Positions 27,826 through 39,645 are shown, counted from the stretch's first letter. The stretch: DNA of 64,000 bases from Selaginella moellendorffii (GCF_000143415.4 NW_003314284.1:1222693-1286692); one strand, 5' to 3'. The notes: generated by a model not told the origin, from the sequence alone. Numbers and translations are program-made.

Positions 27826-27992
27826 CGCAAGGTCACAGGCGACTAGTATGCATCTTTGGAGAGTTTTGGAGTGGCAACAGCGGGTCTCTGACCAGAGAGG
27901 AGAGCAAAAGCCTTCATCGGTCGTGCGGCTCTCGGGATTTCTGCGCTCCAGCCAAACGCGTAGATCAAGCTCACCATCGTCTTGAGACTATC
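27826..27992 (-). pseudogene. Cytochrome P450 3'-end fragment (internally deleted copy of the 39700-41249 locus)
   Basis: Similar to 39683-39883, and joined after a few bases to sequence matching the P450 upstream region (28006-28217 vs 41764-41988). Confidence 0.75.
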
Positions 27993-28317
27993 AAAACTAA
28001 GAAGATAGACCACGACTGCCCCCCGCTAAGCAATCATCCCCGCACGAAAGACTCAACCAAGCGTTTTGCAAAATCAATGGACCCTCGATTCGATCCATTT
28101 CGAAACCCAGCAGCGCACACATCCCTCGGAAGTTTCCAATCTGCCGAGCGAGAGAGAGAGAGAGAGCCGAGCCGAGCCTTGCTGCGTTAGAAAAGACGTG
28201 TCTTCCATTCATGAGCTCTTCGCGGCAAATCTGTCAAGACGATCGCGAGAAAACTACGAGAAACTTAGTTGGCGAAGAAAATACTTGGGTTTAGGGTTTA
28301 TTCAAGAAGTTCTTGCT

Positions 28318-30079
28318 ATGGACGATGGCGAGTGTCTAGTGTGGTATGCCAATGTTTCGCCGAGCCTAGGTGTTTACCCCAGCCCCGAAGCGACCGTCTC
28401 GCATCCCACCGCGGCAGCGTTCCGGGCGAGGGATGGAATGCTTTTGCGCGACGTTCTGGGCAGGATTATGGGCCATCGCCCGAGTGTCATGGTTTGCACC
28501 CTAGAGCGCAAGGGATGGATGGAAATCCAGGACACCCGGGCGGACGCACGGATCCTGAAAAGAGGGAGGCACGTCTACCTCATGATCATGCACCGTGACG
28601 ACGACGTCGCCCAGCGCAGGTTTGCGAGGGATCTGGCGGCGGCAAAGCTGGAGAATGGGATCTTGGAGCTGCGAGGAGCGACATCGGCCGTTTGGATCCA
28701 TCCAAACTATCTCCTCTTGGAGGAGCTGATCGAGCGCGAGCTGGAACAAGACCGCTGGCGGTGCTTCCATGTCGTTGGGACTCCCGGGATTGGGAAGAGC
28801 TACTTCGCCTTGTACTGGCTCTACAAGCTCGCACAGCGAAAGACGCGAGTTATCCACCGCCTCGATCGCGATGGTGGCGATGGCGATGACGATCGCGATA
28901 AGTGGTTTCTCTACGACTTCTCTCTCGAGGATCCTCTCGTCTGGACCGGGCCGTGCTACTACGTTCCACAGGGCTGGGACGGAGAAACTGCGTGGTTGAT
29001 CGTGGATGGACCATCCAGGAACGTCGGTCACATAGGTCCTACGCTCCAGTGCGCGAATCCAAACCGGGCAGGATACCACAACTTCGCCAAAGACTTTGGC
29101 AAGATCTGCCACCTCGAGGCGTGGTCTCTGCGCGAGCTCCTCGCGTGTAACCGGGCGCTGGAGCTGGGATTTAGCGACGAGGAGCTGGCTGCGCGGTTTG
29201 GGATCGCTGGAGGACTGCCCAGCCTGGTGCTCTGCAAGAATGAGTCGACCGATGGCTTGAGACGCCGAGTGATGGATGCTGCCGCAAGCGCTGTGGGTGA
29301 TCCGGACTGGGAGATGGCCCCCGTGAGCGCCGAGGACGGCATTCTTGTGCACTACAAGCTCCCACGGTGGAGCTTTGGGCGCTTGAAGCTTCCCTGCGAG
29401 AACTTCCAGCTCGTCCTTGGATCGGTGTTCATACAGAGCCTGGCGTTTGAGAAGCTGCGGCGACGACGGAGAGTGGAGAGCTACCTTGGACACTTCTTTA
29501 ATTGCAGAGGAACGCTCTTCGACGGACTGGCGTCGCAGATTTTCGAGAAGTTCGCGCTCAAGGTTCTCTCCCGGGGTGGAACTTTCCAGTGCAAGTCTCT
29601 CGAGACCATCGAAGGTTTGGAAGAGAAGCTTGTCTTGCTGAGAAGCGATGGTGGTTTTGTGACGAAGAGTGTCGAGCTGTTCTTCCCCTGGACGTATCAT
29701 CTCAAGGTTCGTTATTTCTTTTCTTTTTATTTTGTTCTTGATAAAAGTTCTTTTTTTGTGATAGCTTCCGGATTCGATCTTCGTGTTTACTGTGAGCTCC
29801 AAGCGTCCAGTACATCACATCGCTGTTGATCAGGCGATCGAGGAGTTTGATCGGTGGCACGGCGAGCGGGGCCTGGCGGCGCCGCGGTGTTACAAGCTCG
29901 TCTTCGTCATACCAGATTTGGGGGACGAGCTCATCTTCCAGGACCGGCAGAAATACGTCGAGGAAGATTTCACTACTTGTTCCACCCCATTGGATCGTGA
30001 TGTCAAGCAGTGCGTCGTGAAAATTCTCTTGTCCAAAAGAAAAAGAAAGAGAAATTATGTAACTCCAAATTTGCTTTAA
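28318..30079 (+). CDS. Crinkler/RHS (CR)-type protein with P-loop NTPase and C-terminal restriction-endonuclease-like domain; exons 28318-29706 and 29765-30079
   Basis: Walker A 'VVGTPGIGKSYFALYWL', Walker B-like 'WLIVDG', 'WSLREL', 'RFGIAGGLP', 'FEKFALKVLSRGGTF', 'FTVSSKRPV', 'LVFVIPD...QKY' and a terminal KRKRKR. A phase-0 GT-AG intron at 29707-29764 joins ORFs 28066..29829 and 29783..30079. Confidence 0.75.
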
Positions 30080-30379
30080 TCCTTATGCAATGGAGTTGGT
30101 ACTTAAGAGAATTCCTGCAAAGGACGAGACCCTTGTTGACATGTTTCATGGGGGCTAATGCTTGATGTTTGTATAAGCCATGGAAATTTTCGTAGCGCTC
30201 GAGAGCTTTTGATTCTATGCCTAGGAAATATGCCCTGTTTTGGCATCTGCGCAAGACTAAGATTACTTTTGAGTTTTTGAGTGAAAACGGAGATTCTGCT
30301 AAGTTCAATGCAATTATGAAAGCATACACAAATAGATGGCATGGCGAGGTCGTGGAGTTATTTTTCTGCGGGTTTTTTC

Positions 30380-30440
30380 GTACACAGGTGTCTTGGAACA
30401 CCATGTCTGCAGCATATGCCCAAACTGGGCATGAATTTGG
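30380..30440 (+). pseudogene. PPR (PLS-type) motif fragment
   Basis: 'VSWNTMSAAYAQTGH'. Confidence 0.45.
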
Positions 30441-30569
30441 GGGATCAGAATCCAAATATCTCAAAAGAATCAGTACAATATTCTGAATAGTGATGCTAGC
30501 AGTTCCTGGAGGGAGAACGCTCCTCAGTAACGCCTGCGTCTGCAAAGCGGCCCTGCGGCTCTTTCCACG

Positions 30570-31340
30570 ATCAGTGTGCTCATTGGGCGCGTGGATAGTC
30601 TTTATAACAAAGCTTGTTCCGGTGATTCATCCCTCTTTCCTCACGTTAGCCGACCTGGGAAGCTATACGCGATCTTTTAGCTTGCGTTGAAGGACATGCA
30701 GCAAAATGGTGGTCCAGACTTCTGCTCGGTGGCCATCCATAAATGCAAAGACGGCGGTGGTATTGATTGGATGAAGCTCGGCTCCGAGGCCCCCGAGTTC
30801 ATGGGCTCAGCACCATTAAGTCTTGTCTTAGTTGAAAATATGAGTACTGAGACAGACAAAAACATTGAAACCATGTTCAGGATTTTGCGGACTGACAAGC
30901 GTGTGCGGTTCGAGGCTCTCGTTTTCTTTGCGCAAACAATCGAGAACATCTTCGCGTTGTCTTTCCTTGTGAAAGATGGGAGGGTGGAAATCAGCTGTGA
31001 GGATGGTGTCATCCGCATAGGTACCACATGTCTCAGTAGATTTTTGCTGAATGATCTTCTCTCTGCAATTCCCAAGACCGCACCCAGTAAGAATGACCGC
31101 ACTAGCGGTAACGTTGCAGTTTACACTGCGATTGGATTATCAGGAGTGGGTGGTAAGACAGCTTTCATTCCTACCTCTGACGTTTTTCCTTTCCAGTCTA
31201 TACAACAATCACCAGGACCTAGCCGGAGCAAGTAGCGTCTTTGGAGCCGCTGCTGTGACGCCGATCCGGAAGGCATCCCGGAACAGAGCCAGGGGATAGT
31301 CCCAGGCAGCCAATCTCAAGTTGACGAGGAGAAAGTGGAC
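30570..31340 (+). pseudogene. NSE4 duplicate, decayed with multiple deletions
   Basis: High similarity to 26465-27610, including intron remnants. Lacks the N-terminus and has frameshifts and internal deletions. Confidence 0.85.
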
Positions 31341-31406
31341 CCGAAACGCCGCCTCCACTGATCAAGGTTAAGACTTTAAGATGGCGTAATATTTATTATA
31401 CCCTTT

Positions 31407-32512
31407 TCAACAACTCGTTGTTGATCTAAACCCAATAGTGGGCTTACCATTTTTATAATGGTATGATACTATTTGTTGTTGCATAGTATAGCTCCCCAAT
31501 ACTTGAAATTGCTGATCTTGTGTGGTTTTCAGTAATCTATAACATGCAAGTCTTTTATCTGCACGGACCAAGAATTTGATGTTGGTGATAATGTCATAAT
31601 TGCGGAGTCCTCAAACTCCAGCAAAGTAATGGGTACTTCCACTTGTGCCCAATGATAAAAGTTCTCTTGTTGCAAATCATAGCATAGTTGGTTGTTTTGT
31701 AAATCTTCATCGTTGTTGGAAATCGAATAATTTGTTGGCGCTTTGTAGATTGGCCAAGAAATTTTTGCAATAAACATGTCCTTGGCATCTCGATAACAAT
31801 CCCCACCCAATCTGGAAAAAGAGCTCCCTGTATCAAATATAGTATCTATGTTGCACTCTACTTTATGGCCTTCTATGAATATATTCACCATTCTAACGCC
31901 CCAATGATTTCCCCGGATAAATCTAGTGATTGGAAGCGTTTGAAATGAAGGATCAGGTAACATTGATCTATATCGCATGGTTCCGTTCAAAGAATTAGTT
32001 GTCCTGTTATATATACTACAGATTTCCATCGCTTTAATATAGCTCATCTGAGTTATCTGAGTAAAGAATGATGATCTGTGTAATCCATGAGATAAAACAC
32101 CTTCTATAACACGTAATCTCCCCCATGGAGTTGCTTTCAGAAGATAACCTTTCGGCAGTAACAAATTTCTATCACCGTCCCCAATCCTTATGTCCCATCC
32201 TTGAGCCATGGAACCAATTATCCCTGTATTGCCAGCTCCATAAGTCACATTAATCTTGCAAATCCTATCCTTGTCTAAATACCTGTATTCCTCCCAATCA
32301 GCTGCAAAATCGTCACACTGTTCTTCTGAGAATGATGTAGAGAGTAATGCTTTCTCTAGCATCTCGGATTTGCCCCATGTGAATCTACTTCCCGTATCCG
32401 CTACTACTAAGAGCTTCGTAGTATCACCTTTCTAACTGCTGAATGTTATGAAGAGTTGGGGTACGCTCTCAAGAGTAAAGTCGAGGTTGATAGCAAATGC
32501 AGAAAGCAACAT
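31407..32512 (-). pseudogene. Pepsin-family (A1) aspartic protease pseudogene
   Basis: Two catalytic motifs, 'VADTGSRFTW' and 'IFDTGSSFS', and flap 'INVTYGAG'. C-terminal 'SIGSYTMQQQIVSY..IGFRSTTSC*' follows a frameshift near 31545. In-frame TAG at ~32432 (TAC in the paralog). Small upstream exons are likely. Confidence 0.75.
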
Positions 32513-32764
32513 AGATGCAAGCAGGGCTGCAAGACAAGGTTTCAGATCAGTTGAAATGAAGCATCTAGAAAATACCCAGACTTACTGGACTTGTAGGCAT
32601 GCTGTAAGAAACCCATCGTGTGCCTAACAGTATAGGTTCAAGAGCTAACAAAAAATATGAATTGATAAAGTCATAAGAGCTTACCAAAGAAACAGTAATT
32701 CAGGATGTAGAGGTGGATGGTTCCAAACACTTCGATGGAGCTTTCTTCAGTAGGGCTGTGGTTT

Positions 32765-32950
32765 GCTACAAGTGACTGGAAATGTAGCTGCTCCAAGAGA
32801 CTGGAAATGTGGAGCTGCTACAAGTGACTAAAAATGTAGAGCTGCTACAAGCGACTAGAAATGTAGAGCTGCTACAAGCGACTAAAAATGTAGAGCTGCT
32901 ACAAGCGACTGGAAATGTGGAGCTCTGATTTGCAACAAGCAACTAGAATT
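32765..32950 (+). repeat. ~27-bp minisatellite (GCTGCTACAAGCGACTAGAAATGTAGA)n
   Basis: About 6-7 imperfect units here; fewer units in the duplicate at 59826-59958. Confidence 0.8.
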
Positions 32951-33154
32951 ATATCCTCCTTAAGAAACCATCTCCGCTTGGCAGACAAAGTGATGGTTGA
33001 GAACACACAATCTGTATGATTGTACGGCATTAACAGCTACCTCTAAAAAAGAGTCGCTAAACCACCTTCAGTGTATCATCTGGACAATGCCCAAGATGCC
33101 ACGGCCTGGCAGTCTTGTTTTCTCCTCCCGTTGGTGGGTGAGTGAGGGTTTTTC

Positions 33155-33860
33155 AACTTGGAGTCCTTGGCTAGCCTTGCACATCCCCCAAACTTAAACA
33201 TCACTTCACTTAGTTAGCTTAGGTTGTAAGGGATAAGATCCTAATATTGGTATTGTAAGGATTCTATCCTTTACACTTTAAGTCAATTGGCTAAAGGGGA
33301 ATTGTAGGGCTTTTTCTTTATTCTATTATTTTGACCTAATGCATAACAATCTTCCCTTCATCCAGGAATGATAGTCCATCATCGCACTTGGAGTCTTTGT
33401 CCAGCCTCACACATCCCCCAAGTTTAAACATCATCTCACTCAATTGGTTTAGGGTGTAAAGGATAAGATCCTAACATTGGTATTGGAGAATAAAAAAAAA
33501 GGCTCTGCAATCTAATGTTAAAATCCTATCAATTGGCTAAAAGAGTGATCAAAGCCCTTTTTTTATTCTATTATCCTAACCTGATGCATAATAATCTTTC
33601 CTTTGTCAGAGAATGATTATCCACAATCATATTTAAGCCACCCTCTAATCACTATAAGCCTTCTATTAAGGTTTACCAAATTTTGGTTCTCCCTTTAGAT
33701 TCATTATATTGAATATTTCTTTAAAATATTCTTGCCTCATTTGTCAACCACGAGAATCAAATTGAAGATCCTATCCCTTGCACCCTAAGTTAATTAATTA
33801 AAGGGGTGATCATTTGATTGTAGGGCTTTTTCTTTATGTTATTATCCTAGCTTGGTGGAC
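33155..33860 (+). mobile_element. LTR-derived fragments, tandemly duplicated
   Basis: A ~235-bp unit occurs twice (33157 and 33388 onward), each with GATCCTAA(T/C)ATTGGTATTG, an LTR end plus TGGTAT PBS-like start. Resembles the LTR end at 9278. Confidence 0.45.
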
Positions 33861-36267
33861 CATTGATTCATTAAGAGTGTTCTTTAAGACCACTAGAGAA
33901 AAACTGAAATTCATTATCAATGAATTTCAAATGAAATATTTGTGAGAAACTCACTTATAATTAATTTTAAATTTATAACCTAGACTGTCACTCAATTACA
34001 AGCGTTAGAATTGTTGCTAGGATAGTGCTGATCTCAGCTGGAGCTGGATTGGCTGCTAGAGCTGGATCACTGCGTTCTCATGGCTGCACTGTTGCATTGC
34101 TGGATGGAGCTGGATCGCTGCTTGCTTGTGGCTGCACCGCTGACTTGCTACGCTGCTTGCTCGAGCTAGATCACTACACCGCTGCATTGCTGGATGGGCT
34201 GCTCACTGAATGTGTCCCTGGAAATTAGTGAGCTACTCTACGCGTACTCCATGTCAAATGCCAAAGCACCTAGCGAAATGAATTTGCAGCATTGGTATTG
34301 TTGTTGTTTCCTCTCGCTGGACGAGCCTCCAAAGTAGATTATTCTATGATTTTAAAGGAGTGCCTGTTGTCGATCAAGTTGGTTTCACTAGTTGCTGCAC
34401 ATACGCCTGGACACCACTTCAAAGATTTAGAACTCACTGACAATTATTTTTTCTATAGAAAACACACCTTTCTCGTTAGCCAGCACTTGTTAGCTGCTTC
34501 TCGGTTTTGCGTGAGCCTCCTCAGCGGCTGCAAAACAGAACACTGTTCCAGCATGCTTAGAAAGCTCTACCTTGGAATCTGCTGTCATGAACAGTGGAAA
34601 CTATAGCTGATTTTCAGGCTTTGAAACAAAAGTAAAAAATTAGCACACTTCCAAGAGAAAGAAAAAAATTCCTTGCAAAGAAACTCAAGGAGGATTGGAT
34701 ACCTTTGGAGAAGGCTCAACGTCTATGGAGTCGTCTGTAGGTGGACTAGTGTCAGCCATGCCCCAGTTTGTGTTAGCGTGGATGCAAGCTCCAAGTTCCT
34801 ATCGGATGCAACCTTTTGATGCGCGTAGTAAATATCAGTTTTGTAATTGGCTGTGGATCAGACAAACCAAGCAAAGCAAGCGTGGCGAAAAGATGGAGAA
34901 GAAAAAGAGATCCAAGAGCACAAAATGTACCTCTGCCGCTGCCTATCACTCACGGTTCTGGAGAATCAAGAGAAGCAAGATCAACACAGAATCGCAGAGA
35001 ACACTCGCAAGTAAAACAGAAACTTACACTGGGATGTTTACGCGGAAGTGTACGAATTGATCACCATTAGCGTGTCGTTGCATGACTTTGATACCTGTGG
35101 AAGACAGAGGATTGAAACTAAACTCTCAAATCGTCACAAGTATCAGACCAGGTTGAGTACTAGGCTTGACCTCGCAAAACCACATGTCCTTGAAAAGTAT
35201 AGCCTACCTTTAACACGCATGATCGTTGGCATTTCAATGGTTCCACCCAGAACAGCCTTGAAAAAATTTCAAGTTATTCCATCAAAGAATGAGCAAGAAA
35301 AACAGAGAAGTGAGACATCGCAATCGACAGCATGCAACCCTCCATTTTACTACACAGGGAGCACACTCAAGGATCTCAGCCAAGAAAACGAAAAAGAAAG
35401 AAAAGTTCTACTACATTTCTTGTAGATATGAGAATGGAAGACCAGAGCTGCGGCATACATAAGAAACCCCCTCCAATCCACGCGATTGCTCCAATCTGCT
35501 GCTAGAATGCAATAAAGATTTTTACCGATTAGCAATCCCTCGATCCACTAGTTTGATGATATATAGTTTTACTTTGTAAATTAGGGTTATAAGTTTATAA
35601 CATTGCCATATATCATAAATATTCCACTCCATGTCAGAGGCTAGGATAATTATAGAATCTTCTCGTATTTGGAGATTTGCTGGGATGAACAATTCCCAAG
35701 TGCTTGACTAAGATGTTGGCCAGGATCTCACATGAGCATAGTTCATCTGAATAAGGCTTTTTTCTCATCTGTGTGTGCATATGAAAACTTTGAAACACTT
35801 CAATAAGGAGAGAAAATGAAACACCAATGCTTCATGAGAATAGTTCACCTAAATAAGGCTCTATAAGCTAAGCTTCTAGCTTCTATAAGCTCCTAGAAAA
35901 GTTCTAATGCAATGAGACTAGATTTAACACAGAGACTGGAAAGACCTAGGCAAGAACAGCATTGTTGACATTGAAAAAATTGGAAAGATCATAGTCACTT
36001 TGTCAGTCTAGAGCTTGCTCTTTTCCGAAAAGCAACAAAAGGAAGAGCAACAAAAGGACAATTCTTTGGGATGCTAAAGTAGTTTGTGTCAAATGACACA
36101 ATGTTCTCAAATCTCTCAAAGGGGAGCTACCATACGAAGCCAAGGAAATTTGGTTAAAATTCACTTCTTAGATTACGTCTGAATAAACTTAGATTAGGAC
36201 CATTGTAAAAAAACTTAATATTTAATATAAGTTTAATTTAGATTGCAAACAGTGGAAAAGAAAAATT

Positions 36268-37224
36268 TCATACATTTTCAACCATTTTATGCTCCTGAAA
36301 CCATTTTATAAATGAATTCATACCTTTCTCAAATGAAATGTAAGATTTAAGAAGCAATAGATTTGTAGGAGGCTCATATGCAATCTCATAAGGGCCTGGA
36401 TTCTCATCCTCAATTTCAACAATCCAAGCTTTAAGATTTGTAAGCGTTTCTACAACCTTAATCACTCCTTTAAATGGAATAGGTGGCCATGGTGTCCCAA
36501 TATCATATAAATTCACTTGTCCCATGCTGTGACTTGATAGAATACTATTGATCATCACAGTTACTGCATCATCAATGTATATATAGTTTTGTCGCCCTTT
36601 CCTTTGCTCCCATAATGGAACATCAGTCTTATGCAATATCTGATCAACAAACTTGTAATAGGGAAAATCTGGACGACCATAGCTCCCATAAACTGTACTA
36701 AACCTCCATTCCACAACTGGAAATGGTAGCTTTGGTGCCAAAGATTCAACTAACTTCTCCGCAGAACGGCTTGAAGGGATGTAAAAGCGATTGGGGCTTG
36801 CAAAAAAGAAACATTGCATGGATGGAACACTGCATGCCGCATCAAGCAGTGACTTCATAGTTCTCTCATTGTCCTCCAAATTCCAACTATGCTCTTGCTG
36901 TGTAAAATCCACCACAATGTTTGGCTTCTTACTCCTTATCACGGCCATGGCCAACTCTGGATCTGTAGCACTTCCATAAACCACTTCAATACCCTTACTC
37001 TCAAGAAGAAGGGTCCTCTCTGAACGCTCCACATCCAAGCCCGTCACCAGAAATCGTAGATTGGGATGCTTGTGTGCCTCCAATCCCAAAGCAAGCTGGC
37101 TACCAAGAAACCCACTTGCACCCACAATCAAAACCCGATATTCTTTTTGCTTTCTCATCTGGAAGATCAGCCAACCAAGTAAAACAAGGACAAAGACACA
37201 AAGCAACACTGTGTTGGGAGACAT
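36268..37224 (-). CDS. Membrane-anchored NAD-dependent epimerase/SDR-like protein, related to UDP-glucuronate 4-epimerase (GAE), atypical active site
   Basis: Intronless 318-aa ORF with an N-terminal TM helix, 'VLIVGASGFLGSQL', 'WRFSTVYGSYGRPDFPYYKF', 'RQNYIYIDDAV' and 'SFEKGMNSFIKWF'. Confidence 0.85.
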   Translation of the reverse strand: MSPNTVLLCVFVLVLLGWLIFQMRKQKEYRVLIVGASGFLGSQLALGLEAHKHPNLRFLVTGLDVERSERTLLLESKGIEVVYGSATDPELAMAVIRSKKPNIVVDFTQQEHSWNLEDNERTMKSLLDAACSVPSMQCFFFASPNRFYIPSSRSAEKLVESLAPKLPFPVVEWRFSTVYGSYGRPDFPYYKFVDQILHKTDVPLWEQRKGRQNYIYIDDAVTVMINSILSSHSMGQVNLYDIGTPWPPIPFKGVIKVVETLTNLKAWIVEIEDENPGPYEIAYEPPTNLLLLKSYISFEKGMNSFIKWFQEHKMVENV

Positions 37225-37942
37225 AATTTTAAACCCTAATGAAACAAAAGGACTAAATAGTTACTAAAATGGACAAACTTGGAGAGGAATAGAAAACCTA
37301 AAAGACCTTCATTTTTACTGATTTTGTGCGACTAGAATGCTGGACTTCGATCTTTTCTGATTTCTTTTCCACATATTATTTATGATTGATGGAGGCCAGA
37401 TCAATGGAAGAAAGCTGGTGGATCCGGACAGCACAAAGGTTTAGTGTAGCGGGTTCTATGAAACGTGGCTAGCTAATCGATGAGGACCAGACTTGAAGCT
37501 CTTCGTAGCCACACTGAGCTCCCGCAAAAGGCCGGCACCGGGTTTTATACGACATAACTTACATTGAAGCTGCATTTCCCAGGAAGCTTTCCAAGCTATC
37601 ATGGTGTAGTGTAAAATTCTTTAATTTCACAGATGTGATAACTTGGTAGTCTGCTAAAACAAAAATAGAATGCGCTGTTTGATGCCATACCATGGACAGA
37701 TTTTTCTTTGTTATGCCCTAACTCCGGTCTTCATGGGTCCTTGGAAATAGTTGTTGTTGTGTTGGTTTTACAGTTCTCCGATTGATTCTGGCTGTCACAA
37801 AACCGTTGGTGACATGCAATGGGGGATTTACCGCTTCTTGCGATCATAACTCCACAATTGAAATCAAAGTGTTTAAACCAATTTCGAAAGCTATTAGGGC
37901 TTAGGAGCAGAACGATGGCCACGAGAATCCGTGGCAACGGCA

Positions 37943-38984
37943 ATGCGCGGATTGGAAGCGGCGATGCCAGCGATAGCGATCAATCGTCTTTCTCGCCCGG
38001 CAGCGGTCTACCCACACACCCCAAGGCAGCCAGGTATCAAGTTCATCAGGACGAGCCTCTATTGCCTGGCTGTGGTTGCGCTGCTCATAGCCATGCTTTC
38101 GATCACACTCCAGGAGAGGGGAGAAGAAGAGAAGCCGTTTAGAGTGCTCGTAATTGGGGCGAGCGGTTTCTTGGGCTACAAATTGTCCCTCGGCTTGTTG
38201 GCCAACACTCGCCAAAGATAGAGGTGGTGGGAATCGATGCCGAGCGCAACGAGCGAGCACAGCTGCTGGAGAGGGCTGGAATGCACATCCTGTCTAAGTG
38301 GGCTCTCGCCACCAGCGGTGTGAAGCTCGCACGGCCCCATGCTATCGTGGACTTCACTCAGCAGGAGCATCCTTGGTGCCTTCCACTCAACCAGCTTACT
38401 CTCGGGACCATTCTTGACGCCGCAACTGCGGATAGGTCTGTGAGGTCAGTGTTCTTCGCTAGCCCGAACCGGTTCTACATTCCTTCTTCTCGATCCGGTG
38501 AGGTACTTGCTGCAGCCAAGTCTGTCCTGTTACCGTTTTCTGTGGTGGAGTGGCGATTTAGTACAGTCTACGGAGAGTTTGGACGAACCGATTACCCGTA
38601 TTACAAATTCGTGGAGGATATCACCAGTGGCCAAGACGTCCAGCTGTGGCAGCAACGCAAAGGAAGGCAGAACTACATTTACATCGACGATGCAGTGGCG
38701 GTTATGATCAAGATGATTCTCGACTTCACACATGTCGTTGGTGCTGTTACCGTCGTGGACATCGGCACTCCAACGCCAGCTTTATCGTTCAAGGACGTAA
38801 TTCGAGTGGTGACCAAAATCTCGGGGAAGAAGCAAAACTCGTCGAGGTTGAGGATGCAAATCCACCGCCGTGGGAGGTAGAGTATGTACCTCCTTCACAC
38901 CTCTACGCACTTGGAAAGTTCACTTCTTTCCAGTCTGGAATGGCGCGTTTCATCGACTGGTACGAGCAGAAGAAGAGTATGTAA
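37943..38984 (+). pseudogene. Divergent paralog of the GAE-like SDR gene, frameshifted
   Basis: Same motifs (GASGFLG, DFTQQEH, FFASPNRFYIPSSRS, QRKGRQNYIYIDDAV) split over three frames, with frameshifts at ~38215 and ~38830. Confidence 0.8.
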
Positions 38985-39129
38985 GTGTCTCTTGCTTGTC
39001 CATTCACTAACGTAATCCAGTACATTCTTGTCTGTGACAGGATCGCTAGGAACGAAGTCAATGACCATACGTAGCTGATGACTAAACAAGTAAGTTTTGT
39101 TCTTGAGCATCTCCTGCCATTGCAGGAAT

Positions 39130-39530
39130 AGAATCGAGCCTGAAGGCTTACTTGCCCCTTTGACAAGCTCTTCGTCGTCTGTGTAGTTCGTGAGCATGAT
39201 GTCTGTGAAGTCTTCCAGTTGGCTTGCAAACTCGTGGCTTTGTGCTCATCAACTATTGCTTGGAAGATATTGTCCTTCTTTGCGGCCAGCCTTGACTGTC
39301 CAGTCGATTGTTGTTGATAGTTGTTTTGTCGTGGAGGTGGTCTTCACGATCAGCCTCTGATCAGCCTCCGGCAAGAAGTCTGCCATGTGGAAGAGAGCAA
39401 CGTCAACGATGCCGGCAACGATCTCTTTGAACTCTCGCAATCGCCAGTCCTGAGAAACACCAAGATATGTGTGATGATGTTGAAGATGTAGATCGATACG
39501 AGCTTCCTCATGTCCACGACGAGCTCTCGC
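39130..39530 (-). pseudogene. Cytochrome P450 internal fragment
   Basis: Paralog of 40390-40780 ('RKLVSIYIFNIITHIL', 'EFKEIVAGIVDVALFHMADFLP', 'MLTNYTDDEELVK'), with frameshifts. Confidence 0.8.
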
Positions 39531-39645
39531 GGGCCTGCACCGAGGAACGCGAGAGAAGCCTGGGTCTTCAAGAAGTGAGTATATAAGCGCAGTCGTGAAT
39601 CAAGTTTTGATTTTTATTGTCTTTCTCGTTTCAAGTTGAAGTGGT
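39531..39645 (+). pseudogene. NSE4 exon/intron fragment
   Basis: Matches 26901-27058 (GGCCTGCACCGAGG..CAAGAAG|GTGAGTATAT..GTGAATCAAGTTTTGATTTTT). Confidence 0.7.

Larger units (their letters stand above)
32227..37310 (+). repeat. Segmental duplication, copy 1 (partner 59290-64000)
   Basis: Colinear near-identity with 59290-64000. Copy 1 has an extra ~0.65-kb block at ~33215-33860; copy 2 has an extra block at ~61960-62235. Confidence 0.92.

Noticed and set aside
28501-29802. Long antisense ORFs over the CR gene, SUFB and the P450
   Set aside because: Shadow ORFs from GC-rich codon usage of the sense genes.
35048-35425. 125-aa ORF conserved at 61420-61797 and neighbouring small ORFs
   Set aside because: Conservation is explained by the recent duplication; no domain evident.
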